DNA from: Actinomycetota bacterium
GTDB taxonomy: Bacteria; Actinomycetota; JAICYB01
Assembly: GCA_040905525.1 (NCBI GenBank)
Contig: JBBDRJ010000018.1
Coordinates: forward strand, 88,769-152,768
Reading direction: 5' to 3'
DNA: 64,000 nucleotides
Shown: positions 19,403 through 29,018 of the stretch, one piece after another
Position numbering within the stretch: position 1 is the stretch's first letter
How the letters are laid out: each line of letters opens with the position of its first letter
Program-made: the position numbers and the translations under genes
Notes under the pieces: model-generated
Seen by the model: only the letters and a program-made list of their open reading frames with translations
Databases searched by the model: none
What the model was told of the DNA's origin: nothing

Positions 19403-20248
19403 CTAATCGCGAGCTTTGGCCAGCTCCGGGCGTCCCGACCAGGTCCAAGCCACGTTCTTCGCGCTCACGCCGATCAACACGCCGTGGGTCGAGCTCGGGT
19501 GCAGGAACAGGCTCGCGCCGTCGTGGTCAGGGTTGCCGGCAAAGCGGGCGCCGGCCGACTTGAGACGCCCACCCAGAGCCGGAACGTCGGCGCACTCGGT
19601 GAAGAACATGTACGGACCCTCGCCGCGCCGAAGGAAGAACTTGCCCATCGCCTTCTCGGTGTCGTGCGGGTACACGACCTCGATGCGGTCGAGCAGGCGG
19701 GGTGGGTCGAACAGGGTGAGCATGCCTTCGTATCCGTACTGGTCGCTCTTGATGGGAGAGAACTTCGCTCCGTCGATCCCGAACGCGTCGGTCCAGAACT
19801 GATTGGCGGCCTCCCAGTCGCCCACCAGGTGCGTCACTTCGTAGATGAACGAGATCGCACCCACCGGTGCGCGCTCCACTAAGGGCCCGACGAACGTGTT
19901 CAGCCCGAACGTTTTCCCCGGATCCAGAAGGAGGTGGTCGTGCTCCTCGGTAAACCCGACCCCCTGCGTAGCCAGATGTTTACCGAGCGCGCCGACATCT
20001 TTGGTCGTGAATACGGCGCCGTAGAGCCCTTCTCCCCAGCGGTCGACGTAGTCGGCGACCGGGCCCGGACCGGTGGGCACGGCCAGCCGGATCAGGTCGG
20101 TGCCACAGGAAAGCGAAGTAACGTCGGCGCCGATCAGATCGCTGTGCTGTTCGCGTGCGATCTCGGTTCCGAAGATCGCTTCGTAGGTCTTGGCCGCGGC
20201 GGCTGCGTCGCGTACCGCGAGGATCACACCGTTCATCGTCTCGATCAT
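19403..20248 (-). CDS. VOC family protein
   Basis: ORF 19403..20305; start moved to Met MIETMNGVILAV giving ATGA overlap with the upstream P450 stop. Confidence 0.6.
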   Translation of the reverse strand: MIETMNGVILAVRDAAAAAKTYEAIFGTEIAREQHSDLIGADVTSLSCGTDLIRLAVPTGPGPVADYVDRWGEGLYGAVFTTKDVGALGKHLATQGVGFTEEHDHLLLDPGKTFGLNTFVGPLVERAPVGAISFIYEVTHLVGDWEAANQFWTDAFGIDGAKFSPIKSDQYGYEGMLTLFDPPRLLDRIEVVYPHDTEKAMGKFFLRRGEGPYMFFTECADVPALGGRLKSAGARFAGNPDHDGASLFLHPSSTHGVLIGVSAKNVAWTWSGRPELAKARD

Positions 20249-21456
20249 GCCGACCACCTCACTGGTAGGGAATGAAGGCCTCGAAGTGTGATCGTGTCCC
20301 GCCACTGCGGTTCGTCGGTCGCAAGCTCCAGGTTCGGGAATCGGCTCAGGAGCGCATTGAAGACGATCTGTCCTTCCAAGCGCGCGAGACCGGCTCCGAG
20401 GCAGAAGTGCGCACCGGCGCCGAAGGACAACACGGATGTCTTCTCTCTTGTGATGTCGAGACGGTCGGGATCGGTGAAAACAGCAGGATCGCGGTTGCCG
20501 GCTCCGAGAAGCACTACGGCGAGCTCGCCCTCGGGTATCACCGTCCCACCGACCTCTATTTCTGCGGTCGCGGTGCGAGCCGTGAGCTGAACAGGGGAGT
20601 CGTAACGCAGGAGCTCTTCAACGGCACTCTTCGCAAGCGACGGATCGTTGCTCAGCTTGCTCATCTGATCGGGGTTCCGGAGCAGCGCGAGCAACCCATT
20701 GCCGATGAGGTTCTGGGTCGTCTCGTGCCCGGCGATGAAGACCAGGACGCACAGCGCCATCAGCTCGTCGTTCGCGAGACGATCCTTCTCGTTCTCAGCT
20801 GCGAGCAACGCGCTGACGAGATCGTCCTGCGGAGCTTCGCGTCTCTTCTCCATCAGCCCCAGGAAGTAAAGGGCGAAATTGCCGAGCGTGCCCATTGCCT
20901 TCTCGAGTGCTCCGGGCGGCAGCCAGGGATCGAGGATCGGCGCGACGTCCCCAGACCAACCGCGGAACAGATCGCGGTCTTCCAGCGGCACACCCATGAG
21001 CTCGCAGATCACCAGTGCTGGCAGCGGATAGGCGAGATCCGCGATGACGTCCATCTCTTTGTTGCCGGCGACGTCGTCGAGCATCCCGTTCACCAGCTCC
21101 GTGATGTGTGCACGAAGTCGTTCCACGGTGCGCGGCGTGAAGGCCTTGTTGACCAGGACGCGCAGTCTCGTGTGGTCCGGCGGGTCGGTGAACAGAAGCA
21201 CGCGCCCGGCCGCGTTCCCCATGAAATCGAAGCTATCGTCGCCCGAGGCTTCGATCGTCTCCTCGCGTAGTTCGGCGAGGGCGGTCGCTTTGCGTGGATC
21301 GACGGAGAAGCGGTCGTCGCGCAGGACGGCGAGGATGTCGTCGTACCGCGTGAGGGTCCAAAGGCCGGGATCGGCGCGGTGCATCGGCGCGGTCTCTCGG
21401 TAGTGGCGATAGACGGGGTAGGGGTCTGCGCGATGACTTTCGACGACCTCCGCCAT
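20245..21456 (-). CDS. Cytochrome P450
   Basis: ORF 20245..21615; start moved to Met at 21456 (MAEVVESHRADPYPVY...); heme loop FGAGAHFCLGAGLA; paralogous to the P450 at 8211. Confidence 0.85.
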   Translation of the reverse strand: MAEVVESHRADPYPVYRHYRETAPMHRADPGLWTLTRYDDILAVLRDDRFSVDPRKATALAELREETIEASGDDSFDFMGNAAGRVLLFTDPPDHTRLRVLVNKAFTPRTVERLRAHITELVNGMLDDVAGNKEMDVIADLAYPLPALVICELMGVPLEDRDLFRGWSGDVAPILDPWLPPGALEKAMGTLGNFALYFLGLMEKRREAPQDDLVSALLAAENEKDRLANDELMALCVLVFIAGHETTQNLIGNGLLALLRNPDQMSKLSNDPSLAKSAVEELLRYDSPVQLTARTATAEIEVGGTVIPEGELAVVLLGAGNRDPAVFTDPDRLDITREKTSVLSFGAGAHFCLGAGLARLEGQIVFNALLSRFPNLELATDEPQWRDTITLRGLHSLPVRWSA

Positions 21457-21604
21457 AACGGGCGAGATCGGCGCGTCGAAGACCTGCTCTTCCGTGGTCA
21501 ATGAGGCCCTTCCTCGCTTCGGCAGGAAGCGCCTCAGCGATGGGTTTTGACTCTGTAAAGAGCATGAACGACGCTTGGGGCCACCGCAACGAGAGGGGAG
21601 TGCC

Positions 21605-22432
21605 ATGACGGACACGAAGACCGATACCGACGTCGTTTCCTACGAGGTCTCCGAGGGGATCGCCACGCTCACGCTCAACCGCCCAGACCGTCTCAACGCG
21701 TGGACCGGTGGCCTGGCCCGCCGTTATTACTCCTTGCTGGAGCAGGCGGCGGCCGACGACAACGTCCGCGTGATCGTCGTCACTGGGGCCGGGCGCGGCT
21801 TCTGCGCCGGTGCCGACATGGACAGCCTGCAGGGCAACGCCTCCACCGACGAATCGGATGCCGGGCTCGACCGTCCGATCTGGTTCCCCACCACGATCTA
21901 CAAGCCGATCATCGCGGCCATCAACGGTGCCTGCGCCGGGATCGGGTTCTGCGCGGCCCTCATGTGCGACCTGCGTTTTGCCGCCGCCGGCGCGAAGTTC
22001 ACAACGGCCTTCGTCCGGCGTGGACTCATCGCCGAGCACGGCAGCTCGTGGGCCCTTCCGCGACTGATCGGGCACGCAGCGGCTCTCGACCTTCTCTACT
22101 CGGGCCGCGTGTTCTTGTCCGAGGAAGCAAAGGAGCTCGGTGTCGTGAACCAGGTTTTCGCGCCGGAAGAGCTCGTGGAACGCACGCGCGAGTACGCGAA
22201 GGACCTGATCGATCACTGCTCGCCACGGTCGATGGCCACGATCAAGGCCGAGATCTACCGGCACTGGAACATGGACCTGGCACCTTCGGTGAAGGAAGCC
22301 AACCAGCTGATGACGCGCTCGTTCGGATTCCCCGACTTCAAGGAGGGCGTGCAGAGCTTCGTCCAGAAGCGCAACCCGGACTTCGATCCGCTGCCCGCCG
22401 ACTACGACGTCCTGCCGAAGGACTGGACCTAA
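21605..22432 (+). CDS. Enoyl-CoA hydratase/isomerase (crotonase family)
   Basis: ORF 21575..22432; start at ATG 21605 after RBS GAGAGGGGAG; VIVVTGAGRGFCAGADM oxyanion-hole motif. Confidence 0.85.
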   Translation: MTDTKTDTDVVSYEVSEGIATLTLNRPDRLNAWTGGLARRYYSLLEQAAADDNVRVIVVTGAGRGFCAGADMDSLQGNASTDESDAGLDRPIWFPTTIYKPIIAAINGACAGIGFCAALMCDLRFAAAGAKFTTAFVRRGLIAEHGSSWALPRLIGHAAALDLLYSGRVFLSEEAKELGVVNQVFAPEELVERTREYAKDLIDHCSPRSMATIKAEIYRHWNMDLAPSVKEANQLMTRSFGFPDFKEGVQSFVQKRNPDFDPLPADYDVLPKDWT

Positions 22433-23133
22433 GCCAGAGCTCGCAGCGCGTCGCGAAGGCTTTGAGAGATCGGATGATCCTTAGGTAGGCGCGCGGTCAC
22501 GCCTTCGACGAGATCGTGCTGGCTCAGCTCGAACTCTTCTCCGCCGGCCCGAAAGACGTAGCGATCGCCGCGCTGCTCGACCTCACCTTTCCCGGCCTCT
22601 TTGATCGCGAAGAGCGCGATCTTCGCGCGGTTGGCCGTGCGCCCGGCGCGCTCAGACGCATCGACGGGTCCGTCCATGTCGTCGTAATGAGTCGCGTACT
22701 CATTGACGAGATGGAACCCCATCAAACCGACGGGGTAGGCCCCGACGGAGCTCGACATGGAACCATCCCGGCCGCGTTCGCGCATCCGCTTCCGCACGTC
22801 GCTGTTGAGGCGCCACCACTCCTCCAACACTTCTGCGGCAGAGCGATCGGCTCGGATGTTCACCTGCCAGGCGTTGAATCCGTCGCCTCCTTCGGCGCCG
22901 TTCTTCGCGGCCTCGGCGAAGAGGTCCGAGACGGTGTCGTCGAGACAGGTCGTGTGATACGTGTCTCCGCCCGCCAAGTGAGAGACGATCTCGCGGCGCC
23001 GCCACCCTTCGCAGCGTGTCTCGGGCTCCCACTCCTTGCCGCTCAGAGATGAAAAGAATCGATGGAGTCGCTCGGACTCCGCGTCCATCAGATCGAACGG
23101 ATCGAGTGATTCGATATCCGACGTGTCGACCAC
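22429..23133 (-). CDS. DinB-like / maleylpyruvate isomerase family (mycothiol-dependent type) protein
   Basis: 234 aa; loose resemblance to the DinB/YfiT fold (W..REIVSHLAGG...H); assignment tentative. Confidence 0.4.
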   Translation of the reverse strand: MVDTSDIESLDPFDLMDAESERLHRFFSSLSGKEWEPETRCEGWRRREIVSHLAGGDTYHTTCLDDTVSDLFAEAAKNGAEGGDGFNAWQVNIRADRSAAEVLEEWWRLNSDVRKRMRERGRDGSMSSSVGAYPVGLMGFHLVNEYATHYDDMDGPVDASERAGRTANRAKIALFAIKEAGKGEVEQRGDRYVFRAGGEEFELSQHDLVEGVTARLPKDHPISQSLRDALRALA

Positions 23134-23183
23134 AGCTACCTCCCTTGCGGCTTAGACTGCGGACCCATCAACTCAAGGAGAAC

Positions 23184-23699
23184 ATGATGCCGACCTACGC
23201 AACTCTCGTGACGAGCCTGGGTGAGATCAAGGTGCGACTCCTGCCGGATTCCGCACCCGTTACCGTCGAGAACTTCGTCGGTCTGGCCACCGGCGCCAAG
23301 GAATGGACGGACCCGGAGTCAGGCGGGAAGAGGTCGGAGCCGCTCTACGCAGGAACAGTCTTCCACCGCGTGATCCCGAACTTCATGATCCAGGGCGGCG
23401 ATCCCCTGGGGACGGGCACCGGCGGCCCCGGATACAAGTTCCACGACGAGGTCGACAGCGGGCCGTCCTTCGACGGTCCGGGCTACCTCGCGATGGCCAA
23501 CTCCGGCCCGAACAGCAACGGGAGCCAGTTCTTCGTGACCGTGGCGGCTACGCCGCACCTCACGGGCCGCCACACGATCTTCGGCATCGTGGAAGAGGGC
23601 CAAGACATCGCCGACGCGATCTCCAAGGTCGACACGGATAACCGGGACCGTCCGCGCGACGACGTGGTCTTGCAGGAAGTGAAGATCGAAGAGAAGTAG
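23184..23699 (+). CDS. Peptidyl-prolyl cis-trans isomerase (cyclophilin type)
   Basis: ORF 23016..23699; start at ATG 23184 after RBS AAGGAGAA; cyclophilin motifs FHRVIPNFMIQGGDP, GSQFFVT. Confidence 0.9.
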   Translation: MMPTYATLVTSLGEIKVRLLPDSAPVTVENFVGLATGAKEWTDPESGGKRSEPLYAGTVFHRVIPNFMIQGGDPLGTGTGGPGYKFHDEVDSGPSFDGPGYLAMANSGPNSNGSQFFVTVAATPHLTGRHTIFGIVEEGQDIADAISKVDTDNRDRPRDDVVLQEVKIEEK

Positions 23700-23702
23700 G
23701 TA

Positions 23703-25088
23703 CTAGACCGGCGCGCCGGGCGCCGTCAGCGGCCAGGGCCTCTCGCGTTCTACGGCCAGGGCCAGGTCGAACAGCGTCGCGTCCTTGTGGTGACGTCCCA
23801 TCACCTGCATGCCCACCGGCAATCCCTCGAAGGTTCCGACAGGTATCGACACCGCGGGGTTGCCGACGATGTTGGCCGGGATCGTCAGCGCTCCGTTGTT
23901 CTCCGGGCCGACCTTCTGCTCGCCCACGCGGAGGTTCAGGGTCACGTCGGCCGGATAAGCGACGTCGGGGTTGGTCGCGCTGATCACCAGGTCGACGTGG
24001 TCGAACACAGCGGCCATGGCCTCGTTCGCATCCGTTCGCTGGGCCTCGACGCGCGCAGCGACCTGAAGATTGAAAGCCTGCTCGGCGATCGTCATGCCGA
24101 ACGCCATCTCTTCGGTGAGGTCGTCCTTGCAACCGGGCCACAGGCCTTCAAGAGCCTTGTGGAGCTGCACGAGATTGGAGACGGCCCACTCGAAGCCGAG
24201 CTCCGGCATCTTCACCGGTGCGTCGACGAGGACGAGCCCCACGTCCTTTGCCAGCGCCTCGGCCGCCTCGGCAACGATGTCGGCGACTTCGGGACGAACC
24301 ACGGCCGATCCCAGGTTCGCAGATATGACGGCCCGCAGACCCTTGAGCTCGTGGGAGCCGAGGTTGCTCTCCCAGCCTTCGGTCTTCGGAAGGCTGTACG
24401 GGTCGCGCATGTCGTAGCCGGCGCACACGTCGTACCACCGGGCCGCGTCGCGCACCGATCTGGCTACGCACCCGAGGACCACCGTCATTGGTGCGATCTC
24501 CGTGCGAGGTCCGCGCGGGATGCGTCCGGCGGTTCCTTTCATGCCCAGCAGCCCGTTGAAGGCTGCGGGTATCCGTATAGACCCGCCCCCGTCCCCACCG
24601 CTGGCGATCGGTACGAGTCCGCCCGAGACGGCGGCGGAGCTGCCTCCCGACGAGCCGCCGGCCGTCCGCGCCGGATTCCAGCCGTTGCCGGTGACGCCGT
24701 TCAGCTTGGAAACGCTTACGTTGAGCCCGCCGAACTCGCTGGCCGTGCACTGGCCGACCGGGTTGGCACCCGCTCCGAACAGCCGCGTGGCCCAGGTGCT
24801 CGTGTAGGTGGCTTTGCGGTCGCGGAAAACCAGCGAGGCTTCATCGTGCGGCCAGCCTTTGATCGAGTCGAGCTCCTTGATCCCGACCGGCACGCCGCCG
24901 AAGGGAAGGCTCGTATCCGCTGCTGCGGCGCGCTCACGCGCACCTTCGGCGTCGATGAACGAGAAAGCGTTCAGGGTCGAGTTCTCGATCGCCTTCAGGG
25001 ACGCCTCGAGCGCATCCAGCGGTGTGAGCTCACCGGCGCGCATGGCGTCGACGAGCGAGCAGGCATCCCCCAGCCACGTTTCCGTCAT
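23703..25088 (-). CDS. Amidase (amidase-signature family)
   Basis: ORF 23703..25217; start moved to Met at 25088; AS signature GGSSGGSSAAVSGGLVPIASGGDGGGSIRIPAA. Confidence 0.85.
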   Translation of the reverse strand: MTETWLGDACSLVDAMRAGELTPLDALEASLKAIENSTLNAFSFIDAEGARERAAAADTSLPFGGVPVGIKELDSIKGWPHDEASLVFRDRKATYTSTWATRLFGAGANPVGQCTASEFGGLNVSVSKLNGVTGNGWNPARTAGGSSGGSSAAVSGGLVPIASGGDGGGSIRIPAAFNGLLGMKGTAGRIPRGPRTEIAPMTVVLGCVARSVRDAARWYDVCAGYDMRDPYSLPKTEGWESNLGSHELKGLRAVISANLGSAVVRPEVADIVAEAAEALAKDVGLVLVDAPVKMPELGFEWAVSNLVQLHKALEGLWPGCKDDLTEEMAFGMTIAEQAFNLQVAARVEAQRTDANEAMAAVFDHVDLVISATNPDVAYPADVTLNLRVGEQKVGPENNGALTIPANIVGNPAVSIPVGTFEGLPVGMQVMGRHHKDATLFDLALAVERERPWPLTAPGAPV

Positions 25089-25131
25089 CGCGGGGATGGT
25101 ATCGAGCAACAGGTCTAGAGTTCTATTCCCG

Positions 25132-25737
25132 ATGGAATTCCAGGACGTTGTGCGGAAACGAAGGATGGTCCGCAACTTCCAGGATCGACCGGTCCCTACG
25201 GACGTCCTCGACCGCATCCTGGAAAACGCTCTTCATGCGCCCTCGGCCGGATTCACTCAGGGGTGGGCTTTCCTCGTGTTCGATGGATCCGACGAGACCA
25301 AGCGGTTTTGGGATGTCACGTTTCCCTGGGACCGGCGCCAGGGATTCCGGTGGCCGGGCTTGTTCCAGGCCCCGTTGATCATCGTGCCCCTGTCCTCGCA
25401 GGATGCCTATCTGGACCGTTACGCAGAACCGGACAAGGGATTCCGGGACCGGAATCCGGACCGGTGGCCCGTTCCCTACTGGCACATCGACACGGGATTT
25501 GCCGCTCTGCTCATGCTTCAGACCGCCGTCGACGCGGGACTGAGCGCTCTGTTCTTCGGGATCTTCCGTCCCGCCGAATTCAGAGACGCGTTCGGCATCC
25601 CCGAGGCCTACACGCCGATCGGAGCCATCGCTATCGGCTATCCCGCCGACGACGAGCCGTCACCCTCGTTGAAGCGAGGCCGGCGCTCCTTGGACGACGT
25701 GGTGCATCGCGGCTCATGGGAGGGTAGGAGTATCTAA
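25132..25737 (+). CDS. Nitroreductase family protein
   Basis: In-frame ATG 25132 inside ORF 24808..25737; MEFQDVVRKRRMVRNFQDRPVP...HAPSAGFTQGW. Confidence 0.7.
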   Translation: MEFQDVVRKRRMVRNFQDRPVPTDVLDRILENALHAPSAGFTQGWAFLVFDGSDETKRFWDVTFPWDRRQGFRWPGLFQAPLIIVPLSSQDAYLDRYAEPDKGFRDRNPDRWPVPYWHIDTGFAALLMLQTAVDAGLSALFFGIFRPAEFRDAFGIPEAYTPIGAIAIGYPADDEPSPSLKRGRRSLDDVVHRGSWEGRSI

Positions 25738-25739
25738 AG

Positions 25740-26858
25740 ATGAGGATCGCCCAGGTCGCGCCCTTGTACGAAAGCGTTCCCCCGAAGTACTACGGGGGGA
25801 CCGAACGCGTCGTTTCCTATCTGACCGAAGAGCTCGTCCGGCAGGGCCACGACGTCACGCTCTTCGCCGCTGGCGATTCGGAGACGCGAGCGCTCCTGGC
25901 TCCGGGAACCCACCGCAGCCTGCGTCTTGACAAGCACTGCATAGACGAGATCGCCCACCACATCCTCTTGCTCGAGCGCGTGGAACAGCTGGAGCACGAG
26001 TTCGAAGTCGTGCACTACCACCTCGGCTATCTGCATTTCCCCATGGCGCGACGCCTGGTGACGCCCCACGTCTCGACCCAACACGGCCGGCTCGACATGC
26101 CCGACCTGCAACCGCTCTATCAGGAGTTCCGCGATCTGCCGAACGTCTCCATCTCGAACGATCAGCGGTTCCCGATGCCGTGGATGAACTGGACGGCGAC
26201 CGTGTACCACGGGCTGGCCGAGGACAATTACGCGTTCCACCCGGAGCCGGGCTCTTATTTCGCCTTCCTAGGCCGGATCTCACCGGAGAAACGTGTTGAC
26301 CGCGCGATAGCCATCGCCAGCCGGCTGGGCGTCCCGTTGAAGATCGCGGCCAAGGTCGACAGGGTGGACGTCGAGTACTTCGAGACCACCATCCAGCCGT
26401 TGCTCCATGCACCCGATATCGATTACGTCGGCGAGATCGGCGAGGGCGAAAAGGCGGAGTTCCTCGGTCACGCCATAGCGCTGCTCTTCCCGATCGACTG
26501 GCCCGAGCCTTTCGGTCTGGTGATGATCGAGGCGATGTCGTGCGGAACCCCGGTCATCGCTTACCGGCGCGGGTCGGTCCCCGAGGTCGTCAAGGATGGC
26601 GTCACGGGCTTCGTCGTCGACGATCTGTCCAGCGCCGTTGCGGCCGCCGAACGCGTGTCGGCCGTCGACCGCACCCAGTGCCGGGAGGAGTTCGAGAACA
26701 GGTTCTCGGCCCGCCGGATGGCGGAGGACTACCTGTCCGTCTACAAGCAGGTACAAGAGCATCCGGTCGGAGTCCTCGCCGACATCCCGCCGCCGGACGC
26801 GGCGGCCATCGCCTTGCGGAAGGCTCAGAACGACGAGCGCATGCGGTCGTCGGACTAG
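25740..26858 (+). CDS. Glycosyltransferase family 4
   Basis: 372 aa; MRIAQVAPLYESVPPKYYGGTERVV, C-terminal GT4 core EPFGLVMIEAMSCGTPVIAYRRGSVPEVV. Confidence 0.8.
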   Translation: MRIAQVAPLYESVPPKYYGGTERVVSYLTEELVRQGHDVTLFAAGDSETRALLAPGTHRSLRLDKHCIDEIAHHILLLERVEQLEHEFEVVHYHLGYLHFPMARRLVTPHVSTQHGRLDMPDLQPLYQEFRDLPNVSISNDQRFPMPWMNWTATVYHGLAEDNYAFHPEPGSYFAFLGRISPEKRVDRAIAIASRLGVPLKIAAKVDRVDVEYFETTIQPLLHAPDIDYVGEIGEGEKAEFLGHAIALLFPIDWPEPFGLVMIEAMSCGTPVIAYRRGSVPEVVKDGVTGFVVDDLSSAVAAAERVSAVDRTQCREEFENRFSARRMAEDYLSVYKQVQEHPVGVLADIPPPDAAAIALRKAQNDERMRSSD

Positions 26859-26861
26859 ATC

Positions 26862-29018
26862 GTGTCCGAGGTCGTCAGGGTCCGCGATCAGTTCTACATC
26901 CTCGCTACGTCACCGCTGGCCGATAACCAAACGCGGGTCCTGAAGCAGGGCCATACTTTCGCCATCTTCGACCTGTACGGAGACGTACGGCGCCTGGGCA
27001 GCGGTGAGCAAGGCTTGTATCACCACGGCACTCGTTACCTGTCGCGTTCCGTGCTGCGTCTGGGAGGTGAGCGTCCACTGCTGCTCGGGTCGTCGGTCAG
27101 CGAGGACAACATCGTCTTCGCCGTCGACCTCACCAATCCTGACATGACCATTGGTGGCATCTTCGTCCCGCGTGGTGCGTTGCACATCTTCCGATCGATC
27201 TTTCTTTGGGAGGGCGCCTGTTATCAGCGGCTGCGGCTCTTCAGCTACGCGCAGACCGACCTCGACGTCGACCTGACCCTCGCATTCGAGGCGGACTTCG
27301 CCGACATCTTCGAGGTCCGCGGTGTTGTTCGCTCGGAGCGGGGAACGATCCACGAACCCCGCGTTCAGGACGGTTCGGTCGTCGTGGCCTACGACGGACT
27401 CGACGGCGTTGAGCGCAGAGCCCGGGTCGTTCCGTCCTCTCCTGCAACACCGGACAACTCGGAGATCGATTACCGGGTCAACGTTCCGCCCCATTCGCCG
27501 CGCGAAATCTTCGCGACGATCGTGTGCGACCAGGGTCCGGAGATTCGTCGGGTGGATTCCTACGCAACGGCCATCGTGAGCCAGCGTGAGGCGCAGAAGC
27601 GTATGTCGGCCGGACAGACAACCGTTCGAACGTCAAACGAGCTCTTCAACTCTTGGGTGGCCCGATCTTTCTCCGACCTGCGGATGATGATCACGGAGAC
27701 GCCGTACGGACCTTTCCCCTACGGCGGTGTCCCCTGGTTCAGCGCACCATTCGGGCGCGATTCGATCATCACGGCGCTGGAGCTGCTCTGGGTGGATCCG
27801 GCTCTGGCCCGGGGGGTCCTCGCCTACCTCGCCGCGACGCAAGCCACCGAAGCTGATCCGGTGCGCGAGGCGGAGCCGGGAAAGATCGTCCACGAGCAGC
27901 GCAACGGCGAGATGGCGGAGCTCGGTGAGGTTCCGTTCGGCAACTACTACGGCTCGGTCGACTCCACGCCGTTGTTCATCGCGTTGGCCGGCGAGTACTT
28001 CAAAGTGACGGGTGATCTGGACTTCATAAGGTCGATCTGGCCCAACATCGACGCCGCCCTCGAATGGATCGATCGCTATGGGGACGCCGACGGCGACGGA
28101 TTCGTCGAGTATCGCGGATCGGAGCGCGGACTGGTCCAGCAGGGGTGGAAGGACTCGCACGACTCGGTGTTCCATGCCACGGGCGAGATCGCTCCGCCGC
28201 CGATCGCCCTCTGCGAGGTGCAGGGCTACGTGTACTGGGCCAAGCGTCGTGGTGCACAGGTCGCGGCCGCCCTTGGCTTCGAGGACCGGGCCGAGCTGCT
28301 GGCGAAGCAGGCCACTTCGTTGCGCGAGTCGTTCGACGTCGCCTTCTGGTCCGATGAGCTGAACACATACGTCTTGGCTCTGGACGGCGACAAGCGTCCG
28401 TGCGCAGTGCGGGCGTCGAATGCCGGACATTGCCTGCTGGCGGAGATCGCCTCCCCGGAGCGCGCGGCCAAAGTCGCTACAACCTTGCTGTCCGACGCGT
28501 TCTACTCCGGGTGGGGGATCCGGACGCTGGCCACGACCGAGCCGCGGTACGGACCGATCACCTATCACAACGGATCGGTGTGGCCGCACGACAACGCCAT
28601 GATCGCTTACGGGCTCTCGCGCTACGGACACAAGGAGGCCGCGCAGCGCATCCTCGGCTCCCTGCTCGACGCGTCTACCATCCTCGAGTTTCAACGTCTG
28701 CCCGAGCTATATTGCGGATTCCCGAGACGACCGAGCCAGGGTCCGATCGAATACCCGCTGGCCTGCGCGCCTCAGTCGTGGGCCGCCGGTTCGGTTTTCC
28801 TTCTGCTCCGCGCGTGCATGGGCCTGACCATAGATGCCGCGACGAAGCAGATCTCGCTGATCCGACCGGTGCTCCCCGAGTTCTTGCGAGAGCTCGAGAT
28901 AAACGGCTTACGCGTCGGTGATGCTTCCGTCGATCTCAGGTTGCATCGTCACGAAGAGGACGTCGGAGTCAACGTCCTGCGCCGGGAAGGCGACGTCGAG
29001 GTAGTGGTCATCAAGTAG
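26862..29018 (+). CDS. Amylo-alpha-1,6-glucosidase family protein (glycogen-debranching-like N-terminal domain + GDE C-domain)
   Basis: 718 aa; GDB1-like N-domain and (alpha/alpha)6 C-domain motifs (GWKDSHD, HNGSVWPHDNAM). Confidence 0.7.
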   Translation: MSEVVRVRDQFYILATSPLADNQTRVLKQGHTFAIFDLYGDVRRLGSGEQGLYHHGTRYLSRSVLRLGGERPLLLGSSVSEDNIVFAVDLTNPDMTIGGIFVPRGALHIFRSIFLWEGACYQRLRLFSYAQTDLDVDLTLAFEADFADIFEVRGVVRSERGTIHEPRVQDGSVVVAYDGLDGVERRARVVPSSPATPDNSEIDYRVNVPPHSPREIFATIVCDQGPEIRRVDSYATAIVSQREAQKRMSAGQTTVRTSNELFNSWVARSFSDLRMMITETPYGPFPYGGVPWFSAPFGRDSIITALELLWVDPALARGVLAYLAATQATEADPVREAEPGKIVHEQRNGEMAELGEVPFGNYYGSVDSTPLFIALAGEYFKVTGDLDFIRSIWPNIDAALEWIDRYGDADGDGFVEYRGSERGLVQQGWKDSHDSVFHATGEIAPPPIALCEVQGYVYWAKRRGAQVAAALGFEDRAELLAKQATSLRESFDVAFWSDELNTYVLALDGDKRPCAVRASNAGHCLLAEIASPERAAKVATTLLSDAFYSGWGIRTLATTEPRYGPITYHNGSVWPHDNAMIAYGLSRYGHKEAAQRILGSLLDASTILEFQRLPELYCGFPRRPSQGPIEYPLACAPQSWAAGSVFLLLRACMGLTIDAATKQISLIRPVLPEFLRELEINGLRVGDASVDLRLHRHEEDVGVNVLRREGDVEVVVIK

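Noticed and set aside
23787-25118. 443-aa plus-strand ORF
   Set aside because: Antisense to the well-supported amidase gene; Arg/Gly/Ala-rich with no motifs; typical high-GC frame shadow.
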